DNA of 32,000 bases from Wolbachia endosymbiont strain TRS of Brugia malayi. GTDB taxonomy: Bacteria; Pseudomonadota; Alphaproteobacteria; Rickettsiales; Anaplasmataceae. Under the pieces are notes generated by a model. The model saw nothing but the letters and a program-made list of their open reading frames with translations, did no database searches and was not told the DNA's origin. The first letter of the stretch is position 1. Each line of letters begins with the position of its first letter. The position numbers were made by a program, and so were the translations under genes. Below are positions 1 through 10,287 of this stretch, in pieces. Location of the stretch: positions 300,001 to 332,000 of the forward strand of contig NC_006833.1 of assembly GCF_000008385.1 (NCBI RefSeq), in the 5' to 3' direction.

Positions 1-668
1 TTCCTGGATTTTTGAACTATTCCCTTGCTGGAAAAGCATTAGAGAAGAAGATATGGAACCTTCAAGTGATAAATATTCGTTTTTTTGCTAAAGATAGGCA
101 TTTGACGGTAGACCATATTCCATATGGGGGTGGAGCAGGAATGATTATGCGCCCTGATGTAGTTGGTGATGCAGTTGATAGTGTACTTTCTACTCATAAA
201 GATACTAAATTTATTTATATGACTCCGTCTGGCACAAAATTTGATCAGAGTATTGCAAGGGAATTGGTAGGATTTCCTCATATAACGATATTATGTGGTC
301 GATTTGAGGGTATTGACCAAAGGGTGATAGATGAGTATACTCCTTATGAGTTAAGCATTGGAGATTATATTCTTTCAGGAGGTGAACCAGCTGCGATGGT
401 AATTCTTGATGTGTGCGTTAGACTTCTTCCTGGTGTGGTAAATAATTCCGGTAGTATTACTGAGGAGAGTTTTAGTTATAGCGGTGGTGTGCTTGAGTAT
501 CCTCAGTATACCAGACCTAAGCAGTGGAGAAAACATAGAGTGCCTAAAATTTTGTTATCTGGTAATCACAAAAAAATAAGTGATTGGAGACAGAAACAGT
601 CTCAAGTTATAACAAAAAGACGTAGGCCTGAATTATTAGATGGAGAGATAAATGACAAATTTACTTAA
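1..668 (+). CDS. trmD: tRNA (guanine-N1)-methyltransferase TrmD, 5' end truncated by the window edge
   Basis: Reading frame is open to the window edge ([16 protein letters not shown]...). TrmD motifs [28 protein letters not shown] and [15 protein letters not shown] are present, and rplS follows directly. Confidence 0.96.
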   Translation, partial: PGFLNYSLAGKALEKKIWNLQVINIRFFAKDRHLTVDHIPYGGGAGMIMRPDVVGDAVDSVLSTHKDTKFIYMTPSGTKFDQSIARELVGFPHITILCGRFEGIDQRVIDEYTPYELSIGDYILSGGEPAAMVILDVCVRLLPGVVNNSGSITEESFSYSGGVLEYPQYTRPKQWRKHRVPKILLSGNHKKISDWRQKQSQVITKRRRPELLDGEINDKFT

Positions 669-1029
669 AAAGTTCAATGAGCAACAAATGCAAGTATTAG
701 CTAAGGAAGTACCAGAATTTCGTCCTGGTGATGATTTGAAAGTTACTTTTAAAGTAGTTGACAGTACAAGTGAGCGTATACAAATATTTGAAGGTGTATG
801 TATATCAAAAAGAAATCGAGGGTTACATTCTTCTTTTGCGGTTAGAAAAGTAAGTCATGGAGAAAGTATAGTATCTCAATTTTTTATTTACTCTCCTGCA
901 TTAGTTTCAGTGCAAGTAACAAGAAGAGGAAAGGTTCGTAGGGCAAAGTTGTACTACCTATGTAAACTATTTGGAAAAGCTGCAAGAATAAAAGAGCGCG
1001 CTACTTACAAAAACAATAAGTCTAATTAG
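652..1029 (+). CDS. rplS: 50S ribosomal protein L19
   Basis: 125 aa with L19 motifs ([63 protein letters not shown]). Overlaps the trmD 3' end, the common trmD-rplS arrangement. Confidence 0.97.
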   Translation: MTNLLKKFNEQQMQVLAKEVPEFRPGDDLKVTFKVVDSTSERIQIFEGVCISKRNRGLHSSFAVRKVSHGESIVSQFFIYSPALVSVQVTRRGKVRRAKLYYLCKLFGKAARIKERATYKNNKSN

Positions 1030-1061
1030 GTACAATGGAGAGTCATGTTAATGGTGTCATT

Positions 1062-1296
1062 CCCAGTGCATGATATACAACTATATAAGCATTTTGATAT
1101 GATAAGGCGTTACATAGTAAACGATGTCATGAAAGTGGCTGACACTGGAATCCAGCTTTTTATGCAATCCCATCAAAGATATTTATTTAGTATAAGATCA
1201 ACTGCTTTCTATGTTCAACAAATCAGTTTGCTTATTTACAAGCAAACTTTCCTGGATCCTAGTGTCGCGCACTGGGATGATACCGACAGTTATGTC
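1062..1296. repeat. Imperfect palindromic repeat or MITE-like element of the Wolbachia short-repeat type
   Basis: Left arm gacactggaatccag (about 1141-1155) is inverted relative to cctggatcctagtgtc (about 1251-1266). Outer ggtgtcattcccagtgc (1062-1078) is inverted relative to gcgcactgggatgatacc (about 1267-1284). Confidence 0.6.
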
Positions 1297-1434
1297 TTGT
1301 ATTTACAAAACTACAATGCAGAAAGTTCACACAGTTGTGGGTTTGACCTAAGATTTGGGAAGAAAGAAGAGACTTCAGTATTAGCTTGCATGACATCATT
1401 ACACACTTGAGCAACAAAAAGGAACTGAAAGTAA

Positions 1435-2685
1435 ATGAGTATAAAGACAAAATTTCTTAAACTGCTTCAGTCCAGGCGTATGCATGCTCACATAAAAAGG
1501 AAGAATAAAAAAGATAAAGCGTTATATTCCTGTTCTTTTATGACGCTAGTTATTTCACTTAGTTGCCCTGTATGTATATTGCTAAGTATATTGATTAACT
1601 CTTATAGCGCCTTAACAGTAACAAAAATTCTATTACCGATTGAAATAAACACTGATTTTGCTTTAGCAGATAATCCTAGCAATTTGCGGTATAAATCTAT
1701 TAATTCACTAAATGATTCTCTGCGAAAGATATTTAAGGGAACTGATTTTAAGAGTGGTGAAGAGATTTTAAGTCGTAATTCTTATAAGGAGCTAGAGAAT
1801 TTTGTTCGTAGAAAAGTAAAACATAATGGTGAATATGAAATCTGGTTTACCGCGTCAAGTATAATAAATTCAATAAATAAGGGTAAGTATTTTAACAGTC
1901 ATTATGTTGAATTGCTTAGTTGGCTAAAAAAACAGGGGAGAGTAGGAAAATTTTTCAATAGATCTCTATTTCTTAAGTCTGACTCTCGTGAACCTGAAAA
2001 CGCGGGAATCTTAGGAGCATTTATTGGCTCATTAATGACGATAATGGTATGCCTGGCTTTGGCGTTACCAGCGGGGATTATGTCGGGTATCTGTCTCCAC
2101 GAATTTATGCCTAGAAATAGTATGATAACTAATGTTATAGAGGTTAGCATAAATAATCTTGCCGCAGTGCCTTCAATAATATTTGGTGTAGTAGGCTTGA
2201 CTCTCTATCTTGGCATATTTGAGCTACCCCGTTCTTCGCCACTTGTTGGTGGAATGACTCTTTCATTTATGATGTTACCTAATATTATAATTGCAACAAA
2301 AAATGCCTTTGCTAATGTTTCTATTACAATAAAAGATGCAGCTTTTGCTCTTGGAGCGCCTCACATCAGGGTGATATTAGACCACTCTTTACCGATTGCA
2401 TTGCCAAGGATAATACATGGTACTATGCTTGCAGTTGCAAGAGTTTTAGGTGAGTCTTCTCCTTTGCTTATGATAGGTATGGTAGCATTTATTACTGATA
2501 CACCCAGGTCCTTTTTCGATCCGGCAACTGTTCTACCTGTACAAATATACATATGGTCAAGTAGTCCTGAAATTGCATTTGTTGAACTTGCTGCTATCGC
2601 AATTATAGCCTTGTTGATAGTGTTATTTGCTCTTAATTTAGTAGCAAATTTTGTAAAAAGAAAATTCGAATTTTTTAATTTTTAA
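1435..2685 (+). CDS. pstA: Phosphate ABC transporter permease PstA
   Basis: C-terminal half has the binding-protein-dependent transport permease fold and the motif GAPHIRVILDHSLPIALPRIIHGTMLAVARVLGESSPLLMIG, plus NNLAAVPSIIFGVVGLTLY. N-terminal extension of about 190 aa. Confidence 0.9.
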   Translation: MSIKTKFLKLLQSRRMHAHIKRKNKKDKALYSCSFMTLVISLSCPVCILLSILINSYSALTVTKILLPIEINTDFALADNPSNLRYKSINSLNDSLRKIFKGTDFKSGEEILSRNSYKELENFVRRKVKHNGEYEIWFTASSIINSINKGKYFNSHYVELLSWLKKQGRVGKFFNRSLFLKSDSREPENAGILGAFIGSLMTIMVCLALALPAGIMSGICLHEFMPRNSMITNVIEVSINNLAAVPSIIFGVVGLTLYLGIFELPRSSPLVGGMTLSFMMLPNIIIATKNAFANVSITIKDAAFALGAPHIRVILDHSLPIALPRIIHGTMLAVARVLGESSPLLMIGMVAFITDTPRSFFDPATVLPVQIYIWSSSPEIAFVELAAIAIIALLIVLFALNLVANFVKRKFEFFNF

Positions 2686-2688
2686 CTC

Positions 2689-3486
2689 ATGAAAATTGTC
2701 GTTTTATCTGGTTATGGCTTAAATTGCGAAAAGGAAACTGCATTTGCATTTGTAGAATGTGGTAGAAAACTTGGTGTCAACAATATAGAAGTAAGAATCG
2801 TTCACATTAATGAGATCATAAAGAATCCAGGTGAACTGAGGTTGAGTAATATACTTGCAATCCCAGGGGGTTTTTCCTATGGTGATGACACTGGTGCTGG
2901 TAATGCTTTTGCTTTGCGCGTTAAGAACAACTTGTTAGATAAGTTTCAAGAGTTTTTATCTCAGGATAAGCTTGTCATAGGAATATGTAACGGTTGTCAG
3001 ATATTAGCGAAGTTAATCCCAGAGTTTTCTAACCTGGCTTTAATACGTAATGATATAGGTAATTATCAATGCCGTTGGATTAAAGTAAAAGTTAGCCCAC
3101 AAAGTAGTTCTGTTTGGTTGCAGGATCTGAATGAGTTGTATCTTCCTATTGCTCATGGAGAAGGCAAGTTCTTTATGAATCAAGGTGTTTTAGATCAATT
3201 GATTGAAAATAATTCTGTTGCACTACGTTACATTAATGAAAGTGGTGACTACGCCAACTTGCAATTTCCTTATAATCCGAACGGATCTACATATGACCTA
3301 GCGGCTTTATCGGATAAAAGTGGTAGAGTGTTGGCTTTAATGCCTCATCCAGAAAGGGGAATATTTTTTACTCAGCAGGATAACTGGCCACTTGAAAAAG
3401 AAAAGTGCAAGCGCTTAAAGATTGCTATGCCAAAATATGGAGACGGAATGCTTATATTTGAAAATGCATTAAGATATTTTTGTTGA
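2689..3486 (+). CDS. purQ: Phosphoribosylformylglycinamidine synthase glutaminase subunit
   Basis: Class I glutamine amidotransferase motifs AIPGGFSYGDDTGAG, GICNGCQIL, PIAHGEGKF and ALMPHPERG. Confidence 0.9.
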   Translation: MKIVVLSGYGLNCEKETAFAFVECGRKLGVNNIEVRIVHINEIIKNPGELRLSNILAIPGGFSYGDDTGAGNAFALRVKNNLLDKFQEFLSQDKLVIGICNGCQILAKLIPEFSNLALIRNDIGNYQCRWIKVKVSPQSSSVWLQDLNELYLPIAHGEGKFFMNQGVLDQLIENNSVALRYINESGDYANLQFPYNPNGSTYDLAALSDKSGRVLALMPHPERGIFFTQQDNWPLEKEKCKRLKIAMPKYGDGMLIFENALRYFC

Positions 3487-3629
3487 AATTTGTTGGTAGG
3501 GATTTGTAGTCAAAATTGAACAAATATTTCCTATAAAATCATCGGTAAATCTAAATTATTTTAGCTTAACGTCGTGCATTCATTCTACTGTGACACAGAA
3601 GGCTAGTACAATATAGATCAATCCGTAAA

Positions 3630-4616
3630 GCCAATATTCTGTACATCCATAAAAATAACCTTCTTTTTTGTCTTGAACGCTAATAGTAGCATGGGTGTTG
3701 AGAGGTTAAAGGGTCATTTATATATTCGTGGCCTATCTCTTGGACTTTGAACACTGGAAAATTAACACTCTTTGCAGATCTCTCTTTTACGACTTTAACA
3801 AGATTGTCGTTACCGAAGTTAATAAAGTTTCTAAAAATTACTGCGTATACTTCATCAAAAATACAAGCTTGTTTTAGGTGATCTAAACTGCCCCCATTGC
3901 ATATGAATAAACTCTTGTATCTTTTAGAAATAGAATTTTTCCTTTTGCATTTATTTGCCAAGCTGTTCCTATACTATTTTTAACCAAAATCATGTTTCCA
4001 CAACGATTTTGGACTCTAATCTACCATTTTTTAGTTTGATGTCATCATTAATTATTTTTAGGTTATTAGACCTAATAGAGCTCTGCTGACTTAGGATTAG
4101 CCTTTTTAATTTTTTAACAAAATTTTCAGAAACGAAATTATTTACTATCATTTCCAACATGGACTGTGAAGAATTTGCCAATCGTATTTGACTTGTAAAT
4201 AAATGTGCAAGGCGGCTATATCGCTGTAGTCTATAAGAGTTTTTTTTTGTTTTTATTTTGAACGATTCTTGCTTTTTTATCGTTGAGTAATTTTTCTAGA
4301 CAGGGAATTAACGAGAAGCTCCTGTTCCTCCTCTGATACACCAAATTATTTTGCTATCGTTAATTAAAACACTAATCAAATCGCTTGCTCTAAATTCATC
4401 GGAGTTAGGGTAGAATGGATTATTATTGCTATATATTTTCTCTAAAATATGAAAGTTAAAATCCAAAGCTTCTATATATTCTTTTATAGTAGTTAGATCT
4501 GGCTCTTTTCCCTTGGAAGAAGGAGCAATAATATCGACTTGATTGATTGCATAAATACCTGTATTAGCACATAAAGTGAAAATAAAATATAAGAAGTAGA
4601 TGACAACAGAGTACAT
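3630..4616 (-). pseudogene. LD-carboxypeptidase / S66 peptidase (LdcA/MccF-like) pseudogene with several frameshifts
   Basis: The N-terminal fragment (4308-4616) ends ...IIWCIRGGTGASR*. In shifted frames it continues LIPCLEKLLNDKKARIVQ..., AALHIYLQVKYDWQILHSPCWK, then GNMILVKNSIGTAWQINA..., and finally DHLKQACIFDEVYAVIFRNFI...FPVFKVQEIGHEYINDPLT (3680-3961). Together these read as one S66 peptidase. Confidence 0.85.
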
Positions 4617-5239
4617 TAAAATATCTTATAAAACTCTTTTTTTAGTATATTATCTAATTTAAAGAGTGGAGCTTTAACACCTAGTTCTTTTATTGATGTA
4701 ACACCGTAACCTTTCAATCCGCAAGGAATAATACCCTTATAATGGGAAAGATCTGGGGAGAAATTAAGCGCTATGCCATGGTAAGTTATCCATTTTCTTA
4801 AACGTATGCCAAAAGCTGCTATTTTTTCTTCTACTCCATTGTTATTCACCCAAACACCTATTCTATCTTCTTTGAATTCTCCAAATATGTTAAAGTGCTT
4901 TAAAACATTTATTATCCAACTACCAAGCTCTCTAATATATAGTTTTATATCACATTTATTTCTTTTTTTAAGATTCAGCATTAGATATATAATGCGTTGC
5001 CCTGGTCCATGATATGTGTATTTACCACCCCTACCTGTTTTATATATAGGAAGTAATTTTTCAACAACGTCATCATCTGTTGCACTAATTCCTGCTGTGT
5101 ATAATGGAGGATGCTGGAGTAGCCATACCAATTCATCAGATGAGTTATTGTGGATTTGTTGAATTTTTTTTTCCATGAATTTTACAGCGTAGTTATAATT
5201 AATAAGCTGATCAGATATTAGCCACTCTACCATGTTCAA
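4616..5239 (-). CDS. lipB: Lipoyl(octanoyl) transferase
   Basis: LipB motifs LVWLLQHPPLYTAGISA, TGRGGKYTYHGPGQRIIYLML, IAAFGIRLRKWITYHGIALN and IIPCGLKGYGVTS. Confidence 0.95.
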   Translation of the reverse strand: MNMVEWLISDQLINYNYAVKFMEKKIQQIHNNSSDELVWLLQHPPLYTAGISATDDDVVEKLLPIYKTGRGGKYTYHGPGQRIIYLMLNLKKRNKCDIKLYIRELGSWIINVLKHFNIFGEFKEDRIGVWVNNNGVEEKIAAFGIRLRKWITYHGIALNFSPDLSHYKGIIPCGLKGYGVTSIKELGVKAPLFKLDNILKKEFYKIF

Positions 5240-5418
5240 TCTCTTCTCTTTTTAGTTTATAGAATAAGCTAAGTATAGTTAAAAATATATATTATCACAA
5301 TTTTATGGACATTTTTGACTTGATTTGCTGAGATGGGTGTCCTTAAGTAGATGATACTTGCATCCAGAAATTTTTTTACTTATAGAATGACAGAAGTGAT
5401 TTGTGTTGGGCTATGGGG

Positions 5419-6099
5419 TTACAATGATAGGTTTTTAAAATCATTTACAGCTTTCTTCATATTTTTAGCTCTAAATATTGCTGATCCAGCGACTAAGATA
5501 TCTGCACCTGCTTTTATTATATCAGCTGCGTTTGAAAGACTCACTCCGCCATCTACTGAAATTTGTGTTTTAAGGCCGCGCTCTCGTATCATTTTCTTCA
5601 CAACAGATATCTTGCCCAGTTGTGAATAAATAAACTCCTGTCCTCCAAATCCAGGGTTGACTGTCATAATTAATACAATATCCAACTCATGTATTATATA
5701 CTCAAATATACCTGGGGAAGTTGAAGGAACAATTGACACTCCAACTTGAACCTTTTTTTTCGCATCGTTTACATTTTTGTATGACTTTATCTTTCTTATC
5801 AGCCTTTCAAGGTGTACCTCTGCTTCTGCGTGTATAGTAATGATATCAGCACCAGCATTTATAAAGCTTTCAACATGGTCACCAGGAGACTTAATCATTA
5901 AGTGTACATCAAAAAAAAGGTTAGTATATTTACGTATTGTAGAGATAACGCCTGGACCAATTGTAATGTTTGGAACAAAATTTCCATCCATAACGTCTAT
6001 GTGTATATAATCTACACCTAAGTTGTTAATTCTTTTTACCTCTTCTCCTAATTTTGCGAAATTTGCTGAAAGTATAGAAGGTGCAATTTTGATACCCAT
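5419..6099 (-). CDS. rpe: Ribulose-phosphate 3-epimerase
   Basis: Motifs IKIAPSILSANFAKLGEEVK, YIHIDVMDGNFVPNITIGP, DVHLMI, VNPGFGGQ and SVDGGVSLSNAADIIKAGADILVAGSAIF. Confidence 0.97.
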   Translation of the reverse strand: MGIKIAPSILSANFAKLGEEVKRINNLGVDYIHIDVMDGNFVPNITIGPGVISTIRKYTNLFFDVHLMIKSPGDHVESFINAGADIITIHAEAEVHLERLIRKIKSYKNVNDAKKKVQVGVSIVPSTSPGIFEYIIHELDIVLIMTVNPGFGGQEFIYSQLGKISVVKKMIRERGLKTQISVDGGVSLSNAADIIKAGADILVAGSAIFRAKNMKKAVNDFKNLSL

Positions 6100-6289
6100 G
6101 GGCTGTCTTTTTACTAAAAAATAAAAAAATAACTTATTTTTAAAACTCTGTCATCTTGGTACTTAAATCCAGAAAAAGTTAGCACCGCATACTAGAATGA
6201 TAAGGTCTTGCAAGAATTTGCTATAAGCATTGTATTTACATGAAATGCCTTGACTTTATACGTGTTAAGAAGCATTTTATATATGCTGT

Positions 6290-6363
6290 GCGCCCGTAGC
6301 TCAGCTGGATAGAGCAACAGCCTTCTAAGCTGTGGGTCGTAGGTTCAAATCCTACTGGGCGCA
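6290..6363 (+). tRNA. tRNA-Arg (anticodon UCU)
   Basis: GCGCCCG/TGGGCGC acceptor stem, AGCTCAGCTGGATAGAGCA D arm, ACAGC-CTTCTAA-GCTGT anticodon arm with TCT at 34-36, GTAGG-TTCAAAT-CCTAC T arm, discriminator A. 74 nt. Confidence 0.96.
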
Positions 6364-6372
6364 CTCTTTATG

Positions 6373-7323
6373 TCAATACTTTTTATAAACCTTCAAATAC
6401 TCTGGTACTACGTTTTCAATTGATAATGGCCGGATTTTTATTGCTTCAAAATCAGTTGATTTTTCAATTGAGCTACTCATCATAACTCTTACCTGATCTC
6501 GAGTAAGCATAGGGCTTATATCCCCGGTTATGGGTTTTAACAATATAGAAATGATCCTACTTTCTAAGAAGAAGGCTATTAACTTTGCCATTGGAAAAGA
6601 TACATTGACTAATAAGCATTTTCTGTTGGTAACATTCAGAATAAACTTTAGTAAGCTTTTAAAAGAGTAGATTTTCGGTCCACCTATATTATAAATCTTC
6701 TTATCTTGCTTATTAAGATTGATAATGCGGTATACCATCTCAGCTAAATCGGTTACACATATCGGCTGAAATTTAGTTGTACCACTGCCAATTAGCGGCA
6801 AGAAAGGAAGAATAGTTGCTAGTCTTGCAAATTTGGTAAAGAAGTTATCTTCTTTGCCAAATACAAGACTCGGCTTAATTATTATTGCTTCTGGGAATGC
6901 TGCGGTTACAGCTTTTTCACCTTTCAGTTTACTTTGAGCATATTCTGACAGCTTACTGTTTTCTATTCCCATAGCAGAAAAATGTATCATCATAGATACA
7001 TTTTTTATTTTTGCAGCTCTTGCTATTTTTTCAGCTATCCCAACATGAACAGCGTAGAAACTGTGCTCTTTTACTTCATATAATATTCCCACTAAGTTTA
7101 TGACTACATTACATTCCTCTACACTTTCCAGAATTAACTTCTCGTCAAAAAAATCGCCTTTAAATATAGATATTTGTCCTAAATTGCCGCATAACTTTAA
7201 ACAAGCAGCTTTTTCTTGGTTACGGACAAATACCCTTATTAAATACCCTGCTGTTGCCAAACGTCTTACGATGTGTTTCCCTATAAACCCTGTTCCACCA
7301 AAAATAACTACACGTTTTATCAC
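6373..7323 (-). CDS. NAD-dependent epimerase/dehydratase family protein, complex I NDUFA9-like
   Basis: N-terminal VVIFGGTGFIGKHIVRRLATAGYLIRVFVRN Rossmann motif, then SKLKGEKAVTAAFPEAIIIKPSLVFGKEDNFFTKFA...PLIGSGTTKFQPICVTDLAE, typical of NDUFA9-like proteins. Confidence 0.85.
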   Translation of the reverse strand: MIKRVVIFGGTGFIGKHIVRRLATAGYLIRVFVRNQEKAACLKLCGNLGQISIFKGDFFDEKLILESVEECNVVINLVGILYEVKEHSFYAVHVGIAEKIARAAKIKNVSMMIHFSAMGIENSKLSEYAQSKLKGEKAVTAAFPEAIIIKPSLVFGKEDNFFTKFARLATILPFLPLIGSGTTKFQPICVTDLAEMVYRIINLNKQDKKIYNIGGPKIYSFKSLLKFILNVTNRKCLLVNVSFPMAKLIAFFLESRIISILLKPITGDISPMLTRDQVRVMMSSSIEKSTDFEAIKIRPLSIENVVPEYLKVYKKY

Positions 7324-7371
7324 GATTAAAACTTCTAATAACTTAACCTTAAATTAATACAATAGTTTTAT

Positions 7372-8739
7372 TTAATATTCTATTATGAATCCTTGCACTA
7401 TGAAATCCATTTTCACTCCACGTGAACCCTTGACCAGAACTACATCATTATTTTGAACAATGTTAGCTAAGTTGCTTTTCAATTGATTAGAATCATTAAA
7501 ATGCGTGCCTTTTATATTGCCTGGTAAAAGCCTATGCAACTTTAACATAAATTTACCAACCGTATAAACTTTATCCACGTCATATTTTACGATAGAATCA
7601 AGTAACTTCATATGAAATGTTATGCTTTTGTTACCAAGTTCTAGCATATCACCAAGTAATGCTACTTTCCTCCGATTAGAATATATACCTAAAGTTCTTA
7701 TTGCAGCTTTCATTGAAGCAGGACTGGCATTATAGGAGTCATCAATCAAATGTATACACTTTCCATTGTATTTAGCCTTGTGAACACTACCTCTGCCTTT
7801 CGTTATATTAAAATTCTCAAGTGCAAGTGGTAATTTTGATAAATTAAGTCCAAGATTTTGTATGACTGCAACAACAGCCAGTACAGAGTATACAAAATGT
7901 TTGCCTTGCACACATAAATTACAGTTCATAATCTGATTATTATTCAGTCTAATTTTTAAATTTAGCCCTTTGTCATTTTTTATTACATTCAACAAGCAAA
8001 CTGTAGCGCTTTCACTCCTACCAAAGCTTACTACATCTCTATCGACGTGCGATAAGAGATAATCATAATATTTATTGTCTTTGTTTAGGATCAAAGTACC
8101 GTTATTTTTCACACCGTACAAAATTTCTAATTTTGCTTGAGCAATATCAAATAGCGACGAAAAATTTTCAACGTGCACAGGTTCGATATTGGTGATAACC
8201 GCAATATTTGGGTTACTAATCTTTGATAATTCTTTTATCTCGCCAGCTTTATTCATCCCCATTTCAAGAATTAAGTACCGGCAGTTTTCTGGAGCTTTTA
8301 GAATCGTTAAAGGTAGCCCTATGTTATTATTCAAATTACCATCATTCACATGAGACACTCCATACTGTGATAGAACAGTATGTAGCATATCTTTTGTGGT
8401 GGTTTTTCCTACACTGCCTGTAATTGCAATAACTTCAGCATTAACAAGAACATTTCTGATGTAATACGATGCCATATCATGCAAAGCTTTTAGAGTATCT
8501 TGCACAACAATTACAGGAAGATTCCTATATTTGTCTTCGCTCACTACCGCAGCTGCTGCCCCTTTCAAAAAGGCTTCATGTAAAAAATCATGTCCATCAA
8601 AATTCTTTCCCTTAAGTGCGATAAATAAGTCACCTTTTTTTATATTTCTTGTGTCTGTTGAAATATTTAAGTTATGGCAACCACTCTTCCCTCTTCCGCC
8701 AGTAGCATCAATAATATTATTAGTATTCCATTCGAACAT
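7372..8739 (-). CDS. murF: UDP-N-acetylmuramoyl-tripeptide--D-alanyl-D-alanine ligase
   Basis: Mur ligase motifs DLFIALKGKNFDGHDF, VIAITGSVGKTTTKDML, NNNIGLPLTIL, EMGMNKAGEI, IDDSYNASPASMKAAI and LLGDMLELG. Confidence 0.95.
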   Translation of the reverse strand: MFEWNTNNIIDATGGRGKSGCHNLNISTDTRNIKKGDLFIALKGKNFDGHDFLHEAFLKGAAAAVVSEDKYRNLPVIVVQDTLKALHDMASYYIRNVLVNAEVIAITGSVGKTTTKDMLHTVLSQYGVSHVNDGNLNNNIGLPLTILKAPENCRYLILEMGMNKAGEIKELSKISNPNIAVITNIEPVHVENFSSLFDIAQAKLEILYGVKNNGTLILNKDNKYYDYLLSHVDRDVVSFGRSESATVCLLNVIKNDKGLNLKIRLNNNQIMNCNLCVQGKHFVYSVLAVVAVIQNLGLNLSKLPLALENFNITKGRGSVHKAKYNGKCIHLIDDSYNASPASMKAAIRTLGIYSNRRKVALLGDMLELGNKSITFHMKLLDSIVKYDVDKVYTVGKFMLKLHRLLPGNIKGTHFNDSNQLKSNLANIVQNNDVVLVKGSRGVKMDFIVQGFIIEY

Positions 8740-8922
8740 AGTTTAACTTTAAAGCAAGATTAATAATAAAAGTAGCGAAATACCTCACGTTTTAGACAGT
8801 ATATAAATAATAGTTGCAATCTCTGTAATTTCATCTTATAATAGATATAGAAATTTAAATGTTTTTATCTATAATTTAGAATACACTATAGTATTTAGTG
8901 TTAGAATACTTCGGGGGTATAT

Positions 8923-9897
8923 ATGGAACAAGATAAAAAAGGAGATATTTCAAGCAAAGAGTCTACTTCTATATTAGGTAAAGCTAAAAATGCAGCTTTG
9001 GGAGTGCGAGGGTTTCTAATTGAAGGTGGAAAAATCTTATTTAAGGGTGTAGGTAGGGGTTTATTTGTCTTATTTAAAGGTACAATAATATATCCTTTCC
9101 AACTAAAAAGTCAGTTAAAGTCTTGGGATGAAATGTGGCACGATATAAAAAATGGTTGGCGTTATGTTATTGGCAAAATACCTAAAGAATACTACCTGCC
9201 TATAAAGACTACACAAGCTAGTGAAGATCTTGGTGTACACATAACAGAACAAGAGAAAGGAAAGGGAGGGGTTATATTTAAAGCATCAAGGACTTTGGTA
9301 GGAGACATACCTTATTTGAGCCAGGAGCAATTAGATCAAATAAAAAACAATTTGCCAAGTGTAACTATTTTCAGGAAAAAAAACGAAGCTATAATCGAAG
9401 TTGATGTTAAGGAAATTACCAATGGCATTAAAGCTGGTCCTGAATACAAAGGAAAGAGTCCGGAAGAGGTAAAACAACTTATTATTGGCAAAATTTACGA
9501 TAAAGTGAATGAAAATCTTAAAGGCCTGGCAGAAATTACTGGTGGAGAGTTTAAAGTTCACACAGACCAGAAATTGCTATATGGTATTGCTGAAAAATTG
9601 TACCGGTGGTATCGCGAACAGCCATCAGAAGTTGTAAAGCCTATAGAGAAGTCACCAGAATCTAATGAATTTATCACTCAAAGCAATATGACTGATCCTT
9701 TGGGAATGTATCATGTAAAAGCTGGAAAAACTACTTCTAAAGGTATAGAATTAGAAGATAAGTTGAGGGAAGCTATTGGTAACGAATCTAATCTACGCTT
9801 TGAAGGAGATGTTTCTAACAGTAAAATGGAGAGCCCTTCATCTACACCTGTTCTGAACCCAGGAAGAGAAAAAGGTGGTCGTGCCTCTAAAGCATGA
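8923..9897 (+). CDS. Uncharacterised protein, 324 aa, no family recognised
   Basis: Long uninterrupted ORF starting ATG with an upstream purine-rich tract (cgggggtatat). Lysine-rich with glycine-rich segments. Its stop overlaps the next gene's start (ATGA, 9894-9897). Confidence 0.8.
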   Translation: MEQDKKGDISSKESTSILGKAKNAALGVRGFLIEGGKILFKGVGRGLFVLFKGTIIYPFQLKSQLKSWDEMWHDIKNGWRYVIGKIPKEYYLPIKTTQASEDLGVHITEQEKGKGGVIFKASRTLVGDIPYLSQEQLDQIKNNLPSVTIFRKKNEAIIEVDVKEITNGIKAGPEYKGKSPEEVKQLIIGKIYDKVNENLKGLAEITGGEFKVHTDQKLLYGIAEKLYRWYREQPSEVVKPIEKSPESNEFITQSNMTDPLGMYHVKAGKTTSKGIELEDKLREAIGNESNLRFEGDVSNSKMESPSSTPVLNPGREKGGRASKA

Positions 9898-10262
9898 GCA
9901 ATAAATACTATGATAGCAATAACATCTTTGCTCAAATATTAAGGGGTGAGTTGCCTTGCAAGAAGGTTTATGAGGATGAGGATGTCTTGGCATTTTACGA
10001 TAAGTATCCTGATGCACCAGTTCACATTTTAGTTGTACCGAAAAGTCAATATATTTCATATGATGATTTTATTTTTAAAGCTTCTGCGGAGGAAATAGTA
10101 GGCTTCTTTAAAACTGTAAGAGAGATAACATATAAATATAACCTAGAAAAAACAGGATATAGATTAGTTACTAACTGCGGTGAAAACGGGGAACAAGTTG
10201 TGCCGCACTTTCATATGCATATTTTAGGTGGTAAAAGATTAGGAAAGCATGTAAATTTGTAG
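9894..10262 (+). CDS. HIT family protein (histidine triad nucleotide-binding)
   Basis: NIFAQILRGELPCKKVYEDEDVLAFYDKYPDAPVHILVVPK and the HIT motif HFHMHILGGKRL. Confidence 0.95.
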   Translation: MSNKYYDSNNIFAQILRGELPCKKVYEDEDVLAFYDKYPDAPVHILVVPKSQYISYDDFIFKASAEEIVGFFKTVREITYKYNLEKTGYRLVTNCGENGEQVVPHFHMHILGGKRLGKHVNL

Positions 10263-10287
10263 TGTTGCTTTCTACAAGTTTTATTAA

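Noticed and set aside
1045-1410. 121 aa ORF between rplS and pstA
   Set aside because: It spans the inverted-repeat arms and has no protein-like family signal, so it is most likely a chance ORF through a repeat.
5351-5629. 92 aa + strand ORF
   Set aside because: Mostly antisense to the 3' end of rpe. Its sequence is explained by that gene, and its upstream part looks like intergenic repeat debris (cttgcatccagaaattt...agaatgaca).
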